Assembly: GCA_965153285.1 (NCBI GenBank)
Contig: OZ229122.1
Length of the DNA stretch: 64,000 nucleotides
Reading direction: 5' to 3' (one strand)
DNA from: Podarcis tiliguerta
Lineage: Eukaryota
Shown here: piece by piece, positions 10,958 through 23,543 of the stretch
How the letters are laid out: every line of letters starts with the position of its first letter
Position numbering within the stretch: the first letter of the stretch is position 1
Notes under the pieces: model-generated
Told to the model about the DNA's origin: nothing
Seen by the model: the letters and a program-made list of their open reading frames with translations, nothing else
Database searches by the model: none
Position numbers and translations under genes: made by a program

Positions 10958-12091
10958 GTAGGCGACTGTAAATTGTGACAGAAGAGGGGTCCATTTTACA
11001 ATACTGCCCATTTCCCCCCTTTAAAGATGATTGTGAAATGGTGCAATGCTAATTTTGTTGTTGTTGTTGTTAAAGAGTTGAAATACCCATCCACATATTA
11101 GCCCCTTATGGAGCTCAGCCTATCCAGTATTCCATAAGCAGAGAAAAGATGCATATTGGAAGACTGCTAGCTAGCAAAGCAAAGAGCTCCATAAATGCAA
11201 GTGATCCACCTCTTAACAGGAAAGGCAAAATATTCTCAGAATCTGCAGCCAAAGTGACTTCAAGGAAAATTCTTTCCCAACCCCAGATATAGCCATCAGC
11301 AGGACCAAGAATCTTCAGAGCTTCTGAATACATGTTTGGTAAATTAGGTATACATGAGCCACATCATAAATTACTGGGTTGTTGGGGGTTTTTTTGCTCA
11401 TAGCCAGTATATGACTGTGGTTTAATTCCGGGTGTTGGAATCCCTACACTACTATGAAGTTGCTTGGTGATACTAAGCAGGCCATTTTTCTCATGGGATT
11501 GTTGTAAGAATAAAAACAATGCTGCATATGCCACTCTGAATTCCTTGTAAGAAGGTCATAATATGAAGGTGGCATATTCCCAAGGCTGAGCCACATCTTA
11601 AGTGCCATGAGAGGAAAAGGAATGTAGTTGATGACCTTTAGTCTCCCACGTTTATTGAATTGTTCCACTAAGATACTCTTTGAAGCAAAAAGCCAGCTGT
11701 TTGGACAGAATGGACAGAATTTATAGAGCAGCCTTGTCAATCCTGAGTTTTGTCTACAACTCCCAAAAGTCCCAACCGGCATAGCCAGTGATCAGGGCTG
11801 GTGAGATCTGTAAGTCATAGCGATGGGTTTCTGCTTCACAGATAAGAGAATTAGATTTGGGAATACATGGAACTTCATGCAAAAGAGAATAGAAGGTGGT
11901 GGGTAGTATGAAAAATTAACCCCCAAACCCTAAAATTTGTAGATCTTTGTCCTAAGAGCTGTGACCTTCCTAATTACATAGAATGCTAGGTGGACATAAT
12001 CTTATATGTCCAGACCAACACATAGGCATCACTTCTGACCTTCCCATTCCCATTGTGTTCCCTTTCCTATTAACAAGCTTTCTTCTTTCAG

Positions 12092-12181
12092 GTCACCTGA
12101 TGAATCTGAAGTATTATGTTTCACCCTATGATTTGATTGAGGAAGGTACTGGAGCTCCTATTATTCTGAATGAGAACAACG
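12092..12181 (+). CDS. MED1: MED1 exon 10 (GHLMNLKYYVSPYDLIEEGTGAPIILNENN)
   Basis: CAG/GTATGT, 90 nt; within ORF 11983..12225. Confidence 0.96.
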
Positions 12182-12536
12182 GTATGTTTCTAGACATGCT
12201 TTCTGCTTCCAAATGTGCATTCTGAACACACCTTGGATTATATTGAAGGTTTTCTTTGAACCCCAAGCAGCAGATTTCTTTTATTTTGGTATAAGGTTTA
12301 TTTGTGGTATCCTGAGTATAGATATTCCCCCCAATGTTTATATATTGAAATAGTATATTATATAGTCAGTTGAGTATTGACAGCTTCTTATATTGCAACA
12401 CTGTCTGATGTTTATCAACAAGCAGTCCTATTAACATTCCTGTGGATTACTAATTTATCTAGACTCCAGGCAAGTTTCTTGACATGTGCATGTCTTGATT
12501 AACAGTGAGGCAGTTAAATAATGAGTTCAGATTACT

Positions 12537-12537
<1 letters not shown>

Positions 12538-12576
<39 letters not shown>
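12538..12576. repeat. (TAG)13 microsatellite
   Basis: Direct count. Confidence 0.97.
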
Positions 12577-13136
12577 GTTTGTGTTTTGTTTTTTTTAAGA
12601 GACAATGGTTATTAGTAGGAAACATAACCTTGTGCTCTCTGGTTTTCTGGTTAATGATTGTGAGCATGATGGAGTATCCTGAAAATTATCTAGCCTAAAT
12701 GTCAGTACTGGACCTGCAGTGGACCTTGTACATTAAACCCCCAGCCATGAAGTTTGCAGCTTGTCGCAAAGACTAAATACCCTAGTAAACAGCCAAGTGA
12801 CAAATTGAACCAATTTGTGGTTTTTTCCATGGCTGGCCCAACTTGCTGCCACTGCACCCATTCTTCTTCCCTCTTATTCTGATTGCACCGCACCTGATGG
12901 TCTTTCAGATTAGAGAAGTGGAGTACAATAGGCACTCCCTCCATTTTTAAAGTACTTATTCCTTAAAGCAGGTGTAGGAAACCTATCGCCCTCCAGTTCA
13001 ATTCTTTTCAGGGTTTTAGTGCATAATGCTGATAAGCAACGCATAACCTCCAGTTTATTACCCGTTGCTGTGCAGTGGATTTTTATTTTTATTTAATACA
13101 GCTGTTTGAAAAGTTAACACTTGCCTCCACTTTCAG

Positions 13137-13248
13137 TTCCTCGCTACCTGGGTATGAACATATGTGTTACAATTGAGGGAACACTGACAATGAACAAACT
13201 TCCTATTGCCCCTCTCATTATGGGATCTCATCCGGTGGACAACAAAGG
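13137..13248 (+). CDS. MED1: MED1 exon 11 (VPRYLGMNICVTIEGTLTMNKLPIAPLIMGSHPVDNKG)
   Basis: CAG/GTAAGA, 112 nt. Confidence 0.95.
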
Positions 13249-13479
13249 GTAAGAAACAGGTGCTATTTGTTGGTTACTTGTTGGTGCTATTTTACCATAA
13301 TGAATTAGAATGATTCCATACGGTCATCCAAGATGGACAATGCATAAATTAGTTTTCTAACGGCATAAATTAGTTACTCAGAACTGAACAAAGGTGTATT
13401 TACAGCCTTCCTAACGTTAAAAAAAAAAAAAGGTATTTGCATGAACCCAGATGTAATACTATTGTAATCTTTTCTTTAG

Positions 13480-13604
13480 GACACCTTCTTTCTCCTCAAT
13501 CACCAGTGCCAATAGTGTTGATTTGCCAGCTTGCTTCTTCTTGAAGTTCCCAAGGCCTATTCCAGTTTCTCGGGCTTTCATTCAGAAACTTCAGAACTGC
13601 ACAG
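13480..13604 (+). CDS. MED1: MED1 exon 12 (TPSFSSITSANSVDLPACFFLKFPRPIPVSRAFIQKLQNCT)
   Basis: TAG/GTCAGT, 125 nt. Confidence 0.96.
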
Positions 13605-14622
13605 GTCAGTCATGTCTTCAGATAAGCTGTTGATAGAGTTTTGCTAGCATCAGTGATGTATTTGGTGCCATAACCTGACACCTAGAGGGCAGCAGTCAAA
13701 TCATTTTAAATTTTGGGTTGATATGAATATTTGCTCCTCTATTCTTCAGCATTTCTGCAGCCTAGATCATGTTTTCCGTATACCTGCAGCTTCAGACTGT
13801 CTTCCTCTTTTTTAAAAAACCCCAAAGTGTCTAACGTTAATCATGGAACTGATTAACCCAAATGATACAATTGGGAAAAGGCAAGAAATCAGAGTAATGC
13901 TAAGCAGAGTCTTGTATTAATGAGAGCACATGGATGTCTTCATCCTTTTTCCCATATCCCTACTGACCACTTAAAAGCTAATCTTCTCAATCTGTTTTTG
14001 TTACTAGTTTTTTGTGTTTGTTTAAATCCATGCCAAATCCTTAGAGACGTTAATTTTTCAGTCAAACAAATGGCGCAGAGCAAGCAGATACAGAAAAACA
14101 TGTAATTTGCCTAATTGGGGAGGGACCAGTATGTGGCCTTCCATGGCACAGAGGTTGGATTACTCTCAGGCCTTTTAGATTGCCTTTAATGCTACTACTT
14201 TTCTCATTCATCTTCACACAGATCATGGGAGGGCTATCTCACTAATATACTAGTTTAAGATCCTGCTACTTTTTCTTCAAGATTACTAGTGTAATTTATT
14301 AGTGTTCGGGTATTTGAACCCATCTCTCCCAGGTGCAGCACTCCATAAGATCACGCTGATTTTCATGTTAGCTCCATGTCAAGAATTTCACAGTTCCTAG
14401 CATTCAATATCCACATTGGAATATATTAAGCACAAGTGGTTTCTGGATAACTGATTATAGAAATTTGACGCTGCAACAAGCACCTCTCATGTCAAGTTGT
14501 AGTGAAAATTATTGAGATCCCCTCTAGTACAAATACAAGTTGTAGGTAACAGCTAATGCTTGTATTTTATGAGAGGACAAATCTCTGGGTGGGCGGTTAT
14601 AGTTTTTTTTTTCTTTTCTCAG

Positions 14623-14741
14623 GCATTCCATTGTTTGAAACCCCTCCAACGTATGTCCCCTTATATGAGCTTATCACACAGTTTGAGCTATCCAAGGAAG
14701 ATGACCCTGGACCATTGAATCATAATATGCGCTTTTATGCG
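14623..14741 (+). CDS. MED1: MED1 exon 13 (GIPLFETPPTYVPLYELITQFELSKEDDPGPLNHNMRFYA)
   Basis: CAG/GTAAGT, 119 nt. Confidence 0.96.
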
Positions 14742-14875
14742 GTAAGTTATGTGGGGATTTCAGAATGTGAGAAGGTTGGTAAATTCTAGGTGCACAATCA
14801 GCTAAATATCAGGAGTTTTAATACAGGATCCTATATATAGCTTTTCATGATTAGACAGGTTATATGATCTGACTA

Positions 14876-15230
14876 GGGACGCGGGTGGCGCTGTGGGTTA
14901 AAGCCTCAGCGCCTAGGGCTTGCCGATCAAGAGGTCGGCGGTTCGAATCCCCGCGGCGGGGTGCGCTCCCGCTGTTCGGTCCCAGCGCCTGCCAACCTAG
15001 CAGTTCGAAAGCACTCTCGGGTGCAAGTAGATAAATAGGGAAGGTAAACGGCGTTTCCGTGTGCGGCTCTGGCTCGCCAGAGCAGCGATGTCACACTGGC
15101 CATGTGACCCGGAAGTGTCTTCAGACAGCGCTGGCCCCCGGCCTCTTTGAGTGAGATGGGCGCACAACCCTAGAGTCTGTCAAGACTGGCCCGTACGGGC
15201 AGGGGTACCTTTACCTTTACCTTTACCTTT
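14876..15230 (+). mobile_element. Full-length Sauria SINE (Squam1)
   Basis: GGGACGCGGGTGGCGCTGTGG head, box B GGTTCGAATCC, (ACCTTT)n tail, TSD ATGATCTGACTA at 14864-14875 and 15231-15242. Confidence 0.95.
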
Positions 15231-15392
15231 ATGATCTGACTATAGAAAATCTATGTTCTCTCAATGAAATACTTTACATTGTTAGAGAATTTGTGGTAGG
15301 TTTAGATGATGCCTTCAGTATAAATTATGGTGAAGTTCCACCATTGTTCTTTATCTTGAGGCTTCAGGGAAGAGTGGTGATAAAGTACACAG

Positions 15393-15642
15393 CAAAGGTA
15401 GGCAACTTAAAGCCCAGGGGCCGGATGCTGCCCAATTGCCCACGGACGGTTAAGGAATCAGTGTGTTTTTACATGACTAAAATGTGTGTGTTTATTTAAA
15501 ATGCATCTCTGGGTTATTTGTGGGGCATAGGAATTCGTTCATTCCCCCCCCCCCCAAAAAAAAAATATAGTCTCCCCCCCCCCCCCGCATGGTCTGAGGG
15601 ACGGTGGACAGACCCACGGCTGAAAAAGGTTGCTGACCCCTG
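15393..15642. mobile_element. Non-autonomous hAT DNA transposon
   Basis: Ends CAAAGGTAGGCAAC / GTTGCTGACCCCTG; 8-bp TSD GTACACAG/GTACACAT; same family as 37556-37882. Confidence 0.85.
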
Positions 15643-16312
15643 GTACACATTATACTGGGGATTTGCTACAAAATAGTGCAGTGTTTTTCCACCCCTTATC
15701 TGGAGCACTTCTGTTAAAGGCTCAAGCTTTCTTGGAACAGGGAATCTTATGGCTCTGGTTCCAGGACACCGTTTTATTTTCCCAGTTATTCTATTTATAA
15801 AAATATTTACATCCTGCTATCTCATAAAAAATCAAAGCTGTTTACAACCATATCTGTGTATAATGAAAACACTTAATTTAAAATCAAAGACCACCAACTA
15901 ACCATTATGGAAAGTTGTTTTCTTAATTGCTTGTATAGACTAGGGCCTCAGCAGGATCTCCTGCCCTATGTATTGAGAAAACCCAGAACAGTCAGGAATT
16001 GGATTTAATCAGCATCTGAGGATAGACTATCCTAAATAGCATTCCACCCTTGTAGGGGAGAGTTGTCACTGCAAGTACAAACCTCAACAGGAAGTAGAGG
16101 TTGGCCAATGGGAGGGAAATCTACCCCTCCTATTTCCAGACCACCACCCTTTCCACTTGGAGCAAAAGACTTAATCTAGGGTATGCCCTGCTCTGTGTGC
16201 TGGACCAATGATCACTTGTGAGATCTATACAAAGCCATTTTGATGGCACCATTTTGCTTCCTAACTGACAGATGTTCCACTACTCAAGTTTGCTTTTAAG
16301 AGAGAATGTTAG

Positions 16313-16674
16313 TAAAGGTAAAGGTACCCCTGCCCGTACAGGCCAGTTGTTACCGACTCTGGGGTTGCGTGCTCATCTCGCTTAAGAGGCCGGGAGCCAG
16401 CGCTGTCTGAAGACACTTCTGGATCACGTGGCCAGCGTGACAAAGCTGCTCTGGCGAACCAGCACCAGCGCAGCACACGGAAACGCTGTTACCTTCCAGC
16501 TATAAAGCGGTGCCTATTTATCTACTTGCACTTAGGGTGCTTTCAAACTGCTAGGTGGGCAGGAGCTGGGACCGAACGACAGGAGCTCACCCCGCCGCAG
16601 GGATTCGAACCGCCGACCATGCGATCGGCAAGTCCTAGGCACTGAGGTTTTACCCACAGCACCACCCGCGTCCC
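16313..16674 (-). mobile_element. Full-length Sauria SINE
   Basis: Reverse-complement head and (AAAGGT)n tail; TSD AAGAGAGAAT(G/A)TTA at 16298-16311 and 16675-16688. Confidence 0.95.
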
Positions 16675-17012
16675 AAGAGAGAATATTATTGAGAATATTA
16701 TTGAGAGGAGTGCAGTAGAGAAACTGAACCTTGGACTGAAAGGAATGAAGGCAATTCCTGTTCTAAGAACCTCACATGATATGATTAGTGATCTACAAAA
16801 GAGAATTGTTGGCATTATGTATTGATAATACTTTCAACTGACTCCTCAAAAGACAAAGTAATTATGCTGCTGCTGCTAAACTTAAACTGATGTCTAGAAA
16901 AAAATAGCATGAGATGGTATATAATGAGATCTTATTTTAATCCCAGTACCAGAAGATTAAGTATTAACTAGGCAAGCCATATAATTGAGCCCCAAAGAGA
17001 GCAAATACAACC

Positions 17013-17135
17013 TAGTGGAGTTTCCCAAACTTGGGTCTCTAGTTGTTTTTGGACTACAACTCCCATCATCCCTAGCTAGCAGTAGGGATTGCTGGGAATT
17101 GCAGTCCCAAAACACCCAAATTTGGGAAACCATAG
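17013..17135. mobile_element. Palindromic hAT-type MITE
   Basis: GTTTCCCAAA...GACTACAACTCCCA...TGGGAATTGCAGTC...TTTGGGAAAC inverted arms. Confidence 0.75.
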
Positions 17136-17370
17136 CACTGGTTCCTACCTCTTTTAATGTGGATACAATGCTTTTGTTGTATCTATTTGTTTTTGTCAGA
17201 GCCATTACTCACCTTCCTTTGTCACTAGTAGAACTTTTTGGAGAAGGGTGGAATAAAGTATAAAGGAATAATGCAGTTTTGTTCTTCAAAAACAGTAGTT
17301 TGGTTTTCATCTCCTGGCTATGCATTACCAAGTAGTAAATGTGAGATTGTGTGTGCCCCCTTCATAACAG

Positions 17371-17572
17371 GCTTTGCCAGGACAGCAACACTGCTACTTC
17401 CTCAACAAAGATGCCCCCTTGCCAGATGGACGAAGTCTTCAGGGAACGCTGCTCAGCAAAATTGCTTTCCACCATCCTAGTCGGGTTCCTCTCATCCTCA
17501 ATTTGATCAGGCATCAGGTGGCCTACAACACTCTGATAGGCAGCTGTGTCAAGCGAACAGTCTTAAAAGAAG
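17371..17572 (+). CDS. MED1: MED1 exon 14 (ALPGQQHCYFLNKDAPLPDGRSLQGTLL...SCVKRTVLKE)
   Basis: CAG/GTGAGT, 202 nt. Confidence 0.96.
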
Positions 17573-18257
17573 GTGAGTGCTAGCCATGGTACATTGCCTG
17601 AAGTATTTTTAAAAACATATTGGTCTCTATAATCTGTCAGTCTTCTCCAGATGTTGTTAGGTTTAAATCACTACAGCAGCTGATTCCTTTGGCTTTTCCT
17701 CCAATTTAATTCACTTGCCTAGGAAAATCGTTTTTCTATCCATTTACGTATGTTAATACTTGTACTCTTAGTACTATGGTTGCTTCTCAACCCTTGCATT
17801 TATTGACCATATCAAAATTCTGAATAGTGTAAGGAAGCATGAACAAGATAGCCAGTAAGTTCAGGTTCAGGATTTCCATTCAGTTAGTAAGGAAACTAAA
17901 CAAGAGTATAAAAAACTAAAGAAAGCAGGCCCTAAAGCAAACTGCTCACACTGCATTTAGCAGCCAAAGCCCACAATGCACCAAACTACTATTTATTTTA
18001 TTAAAATTAATAGAAGACTCTTCCTTCCAGAGTAAACTTGAAGCAGCTAACATAATAAACATAAACTTTGAAAAGATTACAGTAGCTGTTACCCAACTCA
18101 TGCACCATCAGATGTTTCCTGACCTATTTTTCCGTGTCTTAGTTGAGCTGCAAGTAAAAGTATGAACATCTTTCTCTCTTTCCCTTATTTTATCTATAGG
18201 GTGAACATGACTTTTTAAGCTTATGGCCTTTGCTAGCAAGCTCTCTTGTCTTTCCAG

Positions 18258-18353
18258 ATTCCCCAGGCATCCTGCAGTTTGAAGTCTGCCCTCTGTCAGA
18301 TTCCTGTTTCAGTGTGTCCTTTCAGCATCCTGTAAATGACTCTCTAGTTTGTG
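18258..18353 (+). CDS. MED1: MED1 exon 15 (DSPGILQFEVCPLSDSCFSVSFQHPVNDSLVC)
   Basis: CAG/GTAAGT, 96 nt. Confidence 0.96.
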
Positions 18354-18472
18354 GTAAGTTGCTGGATGGAGGGTTTTAAGAGAGAAAAAAAATTATGTAT
18401 AAACAGTCATTGAATGAAGATGGACACTTTTTCGATTTAATGACCTCCCTGTGATTCCTCTGTGTCTTTCAG

Positions 18473-18578
18473 TGGTAATGGATGTGCAAGATTCTACACA
18501 TGTGAACTGCAAATTGTATAAAGGGCTTTCTGATGCACTCATCTGCACAGATGACTTCATTGCTAAAGTTGTTCAAAG
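18473..18578 (+). CDS. MED1: MED1 exon 16 (VVMDVQDSTHVNCKLYKGLSDALICTDDFIAKVVQR)
   Basis: CAG/GTATGT, 106 nt. Confidence 0.96.
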
Positions 18579-19818
18579 GTATGTCATACTGCTTAAGCCA
18601 GAATAAAAACTGATCTTTGAAGACAGTGGTTAAATATAAACCTGGTAACTCAGAGGCCACTTACATTAAAGTTTTACCAAGGGAAAAATAATTTTACAGT
18701 AACATTTTCCTATCATTCTTTTTATATTCTGCTCTAATGGTGACAGCAGTAAAGGTCTACACACACAGCAGTTTTATTTCAGTAATGAGAGCCTACCCCA
18801 GGCAAGGGAGGAAAGTTTCTGGGCTAATACTTAAAACAATGGCATCCTGAACCTTTTCCTATTTTTTTGGGGGGGGGGGGTGCTTTAAATGTTTGGGACA
18901 CATGCCTTCCATCACACTGCAATCACTAGCTTCCCTTTCAGCCAGAATTAACTTGGAGCTCCTGCTTTCCATCTCTACATTTCTCTTTCTTTTATCTATT
19001 TATCTACATATATTTATAACAAAATATAATAGATGGCAAATAAAAGTAGAAAGAGGTAATTAGAACTCCTGTTACCTTTCATGTCCAATAATCCTTATGG
19101 AGATTTATGGCACTGCAGCAAGTCCATCCTTCTGTGGTTTTCTCAAAATTTATCGTGCCCACACTTTGACAGACCTATCAACTCAGACTATGCTGTCTTA
19201 GATGGTGTGCTTTGGTATTAAAAACTCTCTGCAACTTAGAGTTGGATTTAAGGTCAGCTGCTGATTTCTAATTATTAAAGGCATTTGGGTTCCCTTCTGT
19301 CTGTCAAAAGGAAAAGGCTCAGACCTGTCTTCTGTGGGTTGCTTTTACTGCTGGTGATAAGGAGCTTTCCTCCAGGAGCAGAAGTTTGAGACAGGTGTCC
19401 ATGCACCAGTGACATAAGGCAATTTTGTACACTTCGTGTAGGAAGAAGAGTATATGAAGCATGTACTCAATTTGTGCAAAGTGCATGCACTTTATATTTT
19501 ACAGCTTGCACTTAGCTGTGGTTACCCATGGTGGTCTTTATATGTTGTGCACACTTTCATGTATGCTGAAATGATACATGTAGAATTTATGTCTTCTGTT
19601 AACTGAATCTGAAGAATGATGTTTTCTATCTCTTCTGGGCCTTCAAGCCATCTCTATAGTCTTTAGAGAAAGGAGTAAAATGAATAAAATAACGAAATTC
19701 ATCTTGATGTGAATAGAAATGATTTATTTGAAGTTCAGAATTTGGGTTTCATTAATGTGCATAGCCATGTATGAAAGGAGTGCCTAGATCTGTCTGTCCT
19801 GTACTTTACTCTGTAATT

Positions 19819-19942
19819 CAGGGGTGGATAACCTATAGACCACCAGATGTTGGACTTCCCAACTCCTATCAGACCCACCCCACATAGCCGATGGGAGTTG
19901 TAGTCCAACAGCATCTGGAGGACTGCAGGTCCCCCATCCCTC
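19819..19942. mobile_element. Palindromic hAT-type MITE
   Basis: CAGGGGTGG...CCATCCCTC termini, inverted CAGATGTTGGACT/AGTCCAACAGCATCTG, TSD CTGTAATT/CTGTAACG. Confidence 0.8.
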
Positions 19943-20118
19943 CTGTAACGAGGCCAGTTCTTCAGTTTAGCATTTTCAAAATGTGACATATTTACTTAGG
20001 CCATATTTACTTGAACAGGCTCTTCAGTTCAGCAAAGCCTTAACATGCTTTGATTTTGTCATGTTCATGAAATAAGTAGATAAAGTGGGAACTCTCTTTT
20101 AAAAAGCATACATTCACC

Positions 20119-20161
20119 TATTTATTTATTTATTTATTTATTTATTCATTCATTCATTCAT
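20119..20161. repeat. Compound (TATT)n(CATT)n microsatellite
   Basis: Direct reading, about 110 nt upstream of the exon 17 acceptor. Confidence 0.9.
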
Positions 20162-20269
20162 GAGAACTTTAGTGAATTGAGTAGGGTGAGTACAGCTTTT
20201 AGCTTCATGGGGGAACTTACTGCTGGCAAGGATGACACTCAACCAGCTTTTCTCCACCTTGCCTTATAG

Positions 20270-23200
20270 ATGCATGTCAATACCCGTGACCATGAGAGCC
20301 ATCCGGAGAAAGGCTGAAACAATCCAAGCAGACACACCAGCTTTGTCCCTCATTGCTGAGACAGTTGAAGATATGGTGAAAAAGAACCTGCCCCCTGCCA
20401 GCAGCCCAGGTTATGGCATGACCACCGGCAACAACCCAATGAGTGGCACCACCACCCCAACCAACACTTTCCCCGGGGGACCCATCTCCACCTTGTTCAC
20501 GATGAGCATGGGTATAAAAGAACGGCATGATTCAGTGGGCCACGGGGAAGACTTCAGCAAAGTGTCCCAGAACCCTATCCTTACAAGCTTGCTACAAATC
20601 ACAGGCAACGTGGGCTCCACTATTGGCTCCAGTCCCACGCCTCCACACCATACCCCTCCCCCTGTGTCATCTCCGGCAAGCAACACCAAGAACCACCCCA
20701 TGCTCATGAACCTGTTGAAGGACAATCCAGCTCAAGATTTCTCAACGCTCTATGGAAACAGCCCACTTGAGAGGCAAAATTCCTCTTCTGGCTCCCCAAG
20801 GATGGAAATGGGTCCAGGGGGCAACAAGCAAAAGAAGAAAAAATCACGTGTCACGGTGGAGAAACCCAAGCATCAAACTGAAGATGACTTCCAGAGAGAG
20901 CTGTTTTCCATGGACGTTGACTCCCAGAATCCCATCTTTGATGTCAATATGACCACTGACACTTTAGATACCCCTCATATTACTCCAGCTCCCAGTCAGT
21001 GCAGCACTCCACCAACAACGTATCCACAGTCTATACCTCATACCCAGCCCAGTATTCAGAGGATGGTTCGGCTCTCCAGCTCAGACAGCATTGGTGCTGA
21101 TGTGACAGATATCCTTTCTGACATAGCAGAGGAAGCATCCAAGCTACCAAGCACCAGTGAAGATTGTCCTCCTATTGGAACACCAGTAAGAGACTCCTCT
21201 AGTTCAGGGCATTCCCAAAGTGCCCTGTTTGATCCTGATGTCTTTCAGTCTAACAACAGTGAAAACCCTTACACTGATCCAGCTGACCTGATTGCCGATG
21301 CCACTGTGAGCCCAAACAGTGACTCTTCAAATCAGTTTTTCCCTGATGGAGTTGATTTCAACCCTGACCTCCTGAATAGCCAGAGCCAAAGCGGTTTTGG
21401 AGAAGAGTACTTTGATGATAGCAGCCAGAGTGGAGACGCTGATGACTTCAAGGGCTTTGCATCACAAACGATAAGTACTCTGGGCGTGCAAGTGCTGGGG
21501 GGAGATGGAGGGGAGAGTAAGTTCAAGGCAAGCAGCCAAGCGGACACAGTCGACTTTAGTATTATCACTGCTGCCAGCAAGGCTCTGGGGGTCTCTGATG
21601 TCATGGAGCATCATAGTGGAAGCCAGAGCCCCTTACTGAGCACGGGAGATTTGGGGAAGGAAAAGTCGCAGAAGCGGGTCAAAGAGGGTAATGGATCCGG
21701 GAGTTCTTTAACGGGCCCTGGGCTAGATGGCAAGGGTGGAAAACGCAGCCGCACCCCATCCAGCGATGGGAAGAGTAAAGAAAAGGTCCAGAAGCGGAGG
21801 AAGGTGGAGCCAGAAGGCAAATCTCCCTCTCATAGTTTGTCTACCAGGCCTTTCACCCCACCAGCAAGCACAGGTGGCTCGAAATCTCCTGGAAGTTCAG
21901 GAAGGTCTCAAACGCCCCCTGGGGTAGCCACTCCTCCCATACCCAAAATCACCATCCAGATTCCCAAGGGAACAGTGACTGTTGGCAAACCTTCCCATGG
22001 GCAGTACACAAGCAGCGGCTCAGTCTCCTCTTTGAGCAGCAAAAGTCATCACAGTCATTCCTCCTCCTCCTCTTCCTCCTCCTCATCGTCATCCTCGTCC
22101 TCTTCGTCTTCCTCATCGACCTCGGGCAAAATAAAGAGCAGCAAGTCGGATGGGTCTTCTGGGTCCAAGATGAGCAGCAGCCTCTACTCGGGCCAAGGCG
22201 GCTCTGGATCAGGTCAGTCCAAAAGCTCCACCCAATCAGTGGGAAAGCCCGGGTCCTCCCCCATCACAAAACACGGCCTCAGCAGCGGCTCTGGAGGTAC
22301 CAAGATCAAACCTCAAGGGAAGCCTTCATCACTTATGAACCCTTCCATGAGTAAACCAAACATTTCTCCTTCTCATTCTAGACCCTCGGGCGGTTCTGAC
22401 AAGCTGGCCTCTCCGATGAAACCCGTTCCAGGTACTCCCCCGTCGTCTAAAGCAAAGTCCCCTATTAGTTCCGGTTCTGGAAGCTCACACATGTCTGGGA
22501 CTGGATCAAGTTCAAGCATGAAGTCCTCTTCAGGGATGGGATCCTCCAGTTCCATGTCCCAGAAGCCACCCCCTTCTTCAAATTCTTCAGCGGGATCTTC
22601 ATCTTCCTTCTCATCTGGCAGCTCTTCCATGTCTTCATCTCAGAATCAGCACGGGAGTTCAAAAGGCAAGTCCCCAAGCCGGAACAAAAAGCCATCTTTG
22701 ACAGCTGTGATTGACAAACTCAAGCATGGTGTAGTCACCAGTGGCCCTGGTGGGGAAGACTCAATGGATGGACAGATGGTCCAGAGTTCCAGTTCCTCAA
22801 GTCACTCCATGTCCTCCAAACACAACCTCTCTGGAGGTGAATTGCAGGGGAAGCGGGAAAGGAGTGACAAGGAGAAATCCAAAGTCTCTGTTTCAGGAGG
22901 CTCCTCTGACTCTTCCAAAAAGGCATCTGATTCAAAGAATGTTGGAAGCACTGGAGTGGCCAAGATTATCATCAGCAAACATGACGGTGGCTCTCCTAGC
23001 ATTAAAGCCAAAGTTACCTTGCAGAAGCCTGGAGAAGGAGGAGGGGATGGCTTAAGGCCTCAGATGACATCTTCCAAAAGCTATGGATCACCACTAATAA
23101 GTGGGTCTACTCCAAAGCATGAGCGCTGTTCTCCCAGTCACAGTAAGTCTCCAGCATATACCCCGCAAAACATTGACAGCGAGAGTGAATCAGGATCATC

Positions 23201-23543
23201 CATAGCAGAGAAATCCTATCAGAACAGCCCCAGCTCTGATGATGGAATTCGGCCTCTTCCAGAATACAGCTTGGAAAAGCATAAGAAACACAAAAAAGAA
23301 AAGAAGAAAGTAAAAGATAAAGACCGGGATAGGGATAGGGATCGTGATAAAGAGAGAGACAAAAAGAAAACTCACAGCATTAAGACGGAGAACTGGTCTA
23401 AATCTCCTATCTCTTCAGAACAGTCTTTGTCTATGACAAGTAGTGCCATTCTTACATCAGAAAGGCCATCCAGGCCTAGCCCTGATTTTTTGATTGGGGA
23501 CGAAGATGAGGATCTCATGGATGTTGCCCTGATAAGAAATTGA
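20270..23543 (+). CDS. MED1: MED1 exon 17 coding part (giant terminal exon: two LxxLL NR boxes, Ser-rich IDR, basic/DR-repeat tail)
   Basis: TAG acceptor at 20267-20269; ORF 20232..23543 from CMSIPVTMRAIRRK to DLMDVALIRN; LTSLL at 20580-20594 and LMNLL at 20703-20717; PFTPP and AYTPQ proline-directed kinase sites present. Confidence 0.98.

Noticed and set aside
10290-11560. Very old MIR/CORE-like or Squam2-like SINE remnants (also near 36160, 53860, 59000) and old hAT remnants (8463-8749, 57160-57414)
   Set aside because: Too decayed to give defensible boundaries or family names
14876-14960. tRNA-like box A/box B sequences, also at 1425 and 51331
   Set aside because: SINE heads, not tRNA genes; they continue into SINE bodies
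20232-20269. ATG start of the 1103-aa ORF
   Set aside because: Lies in intron 16; MTLNQLFSTLPY is the translated polypyrimidine tract. The real exon starts at 20270.
20401-20420. Internal donor in exon 17 after PPASSPG that could give a short MED1 isoform as I recall for mammals
   Set aside because: Only a weak CAG|GTTATG is present and I could not identify a matching downstream exon
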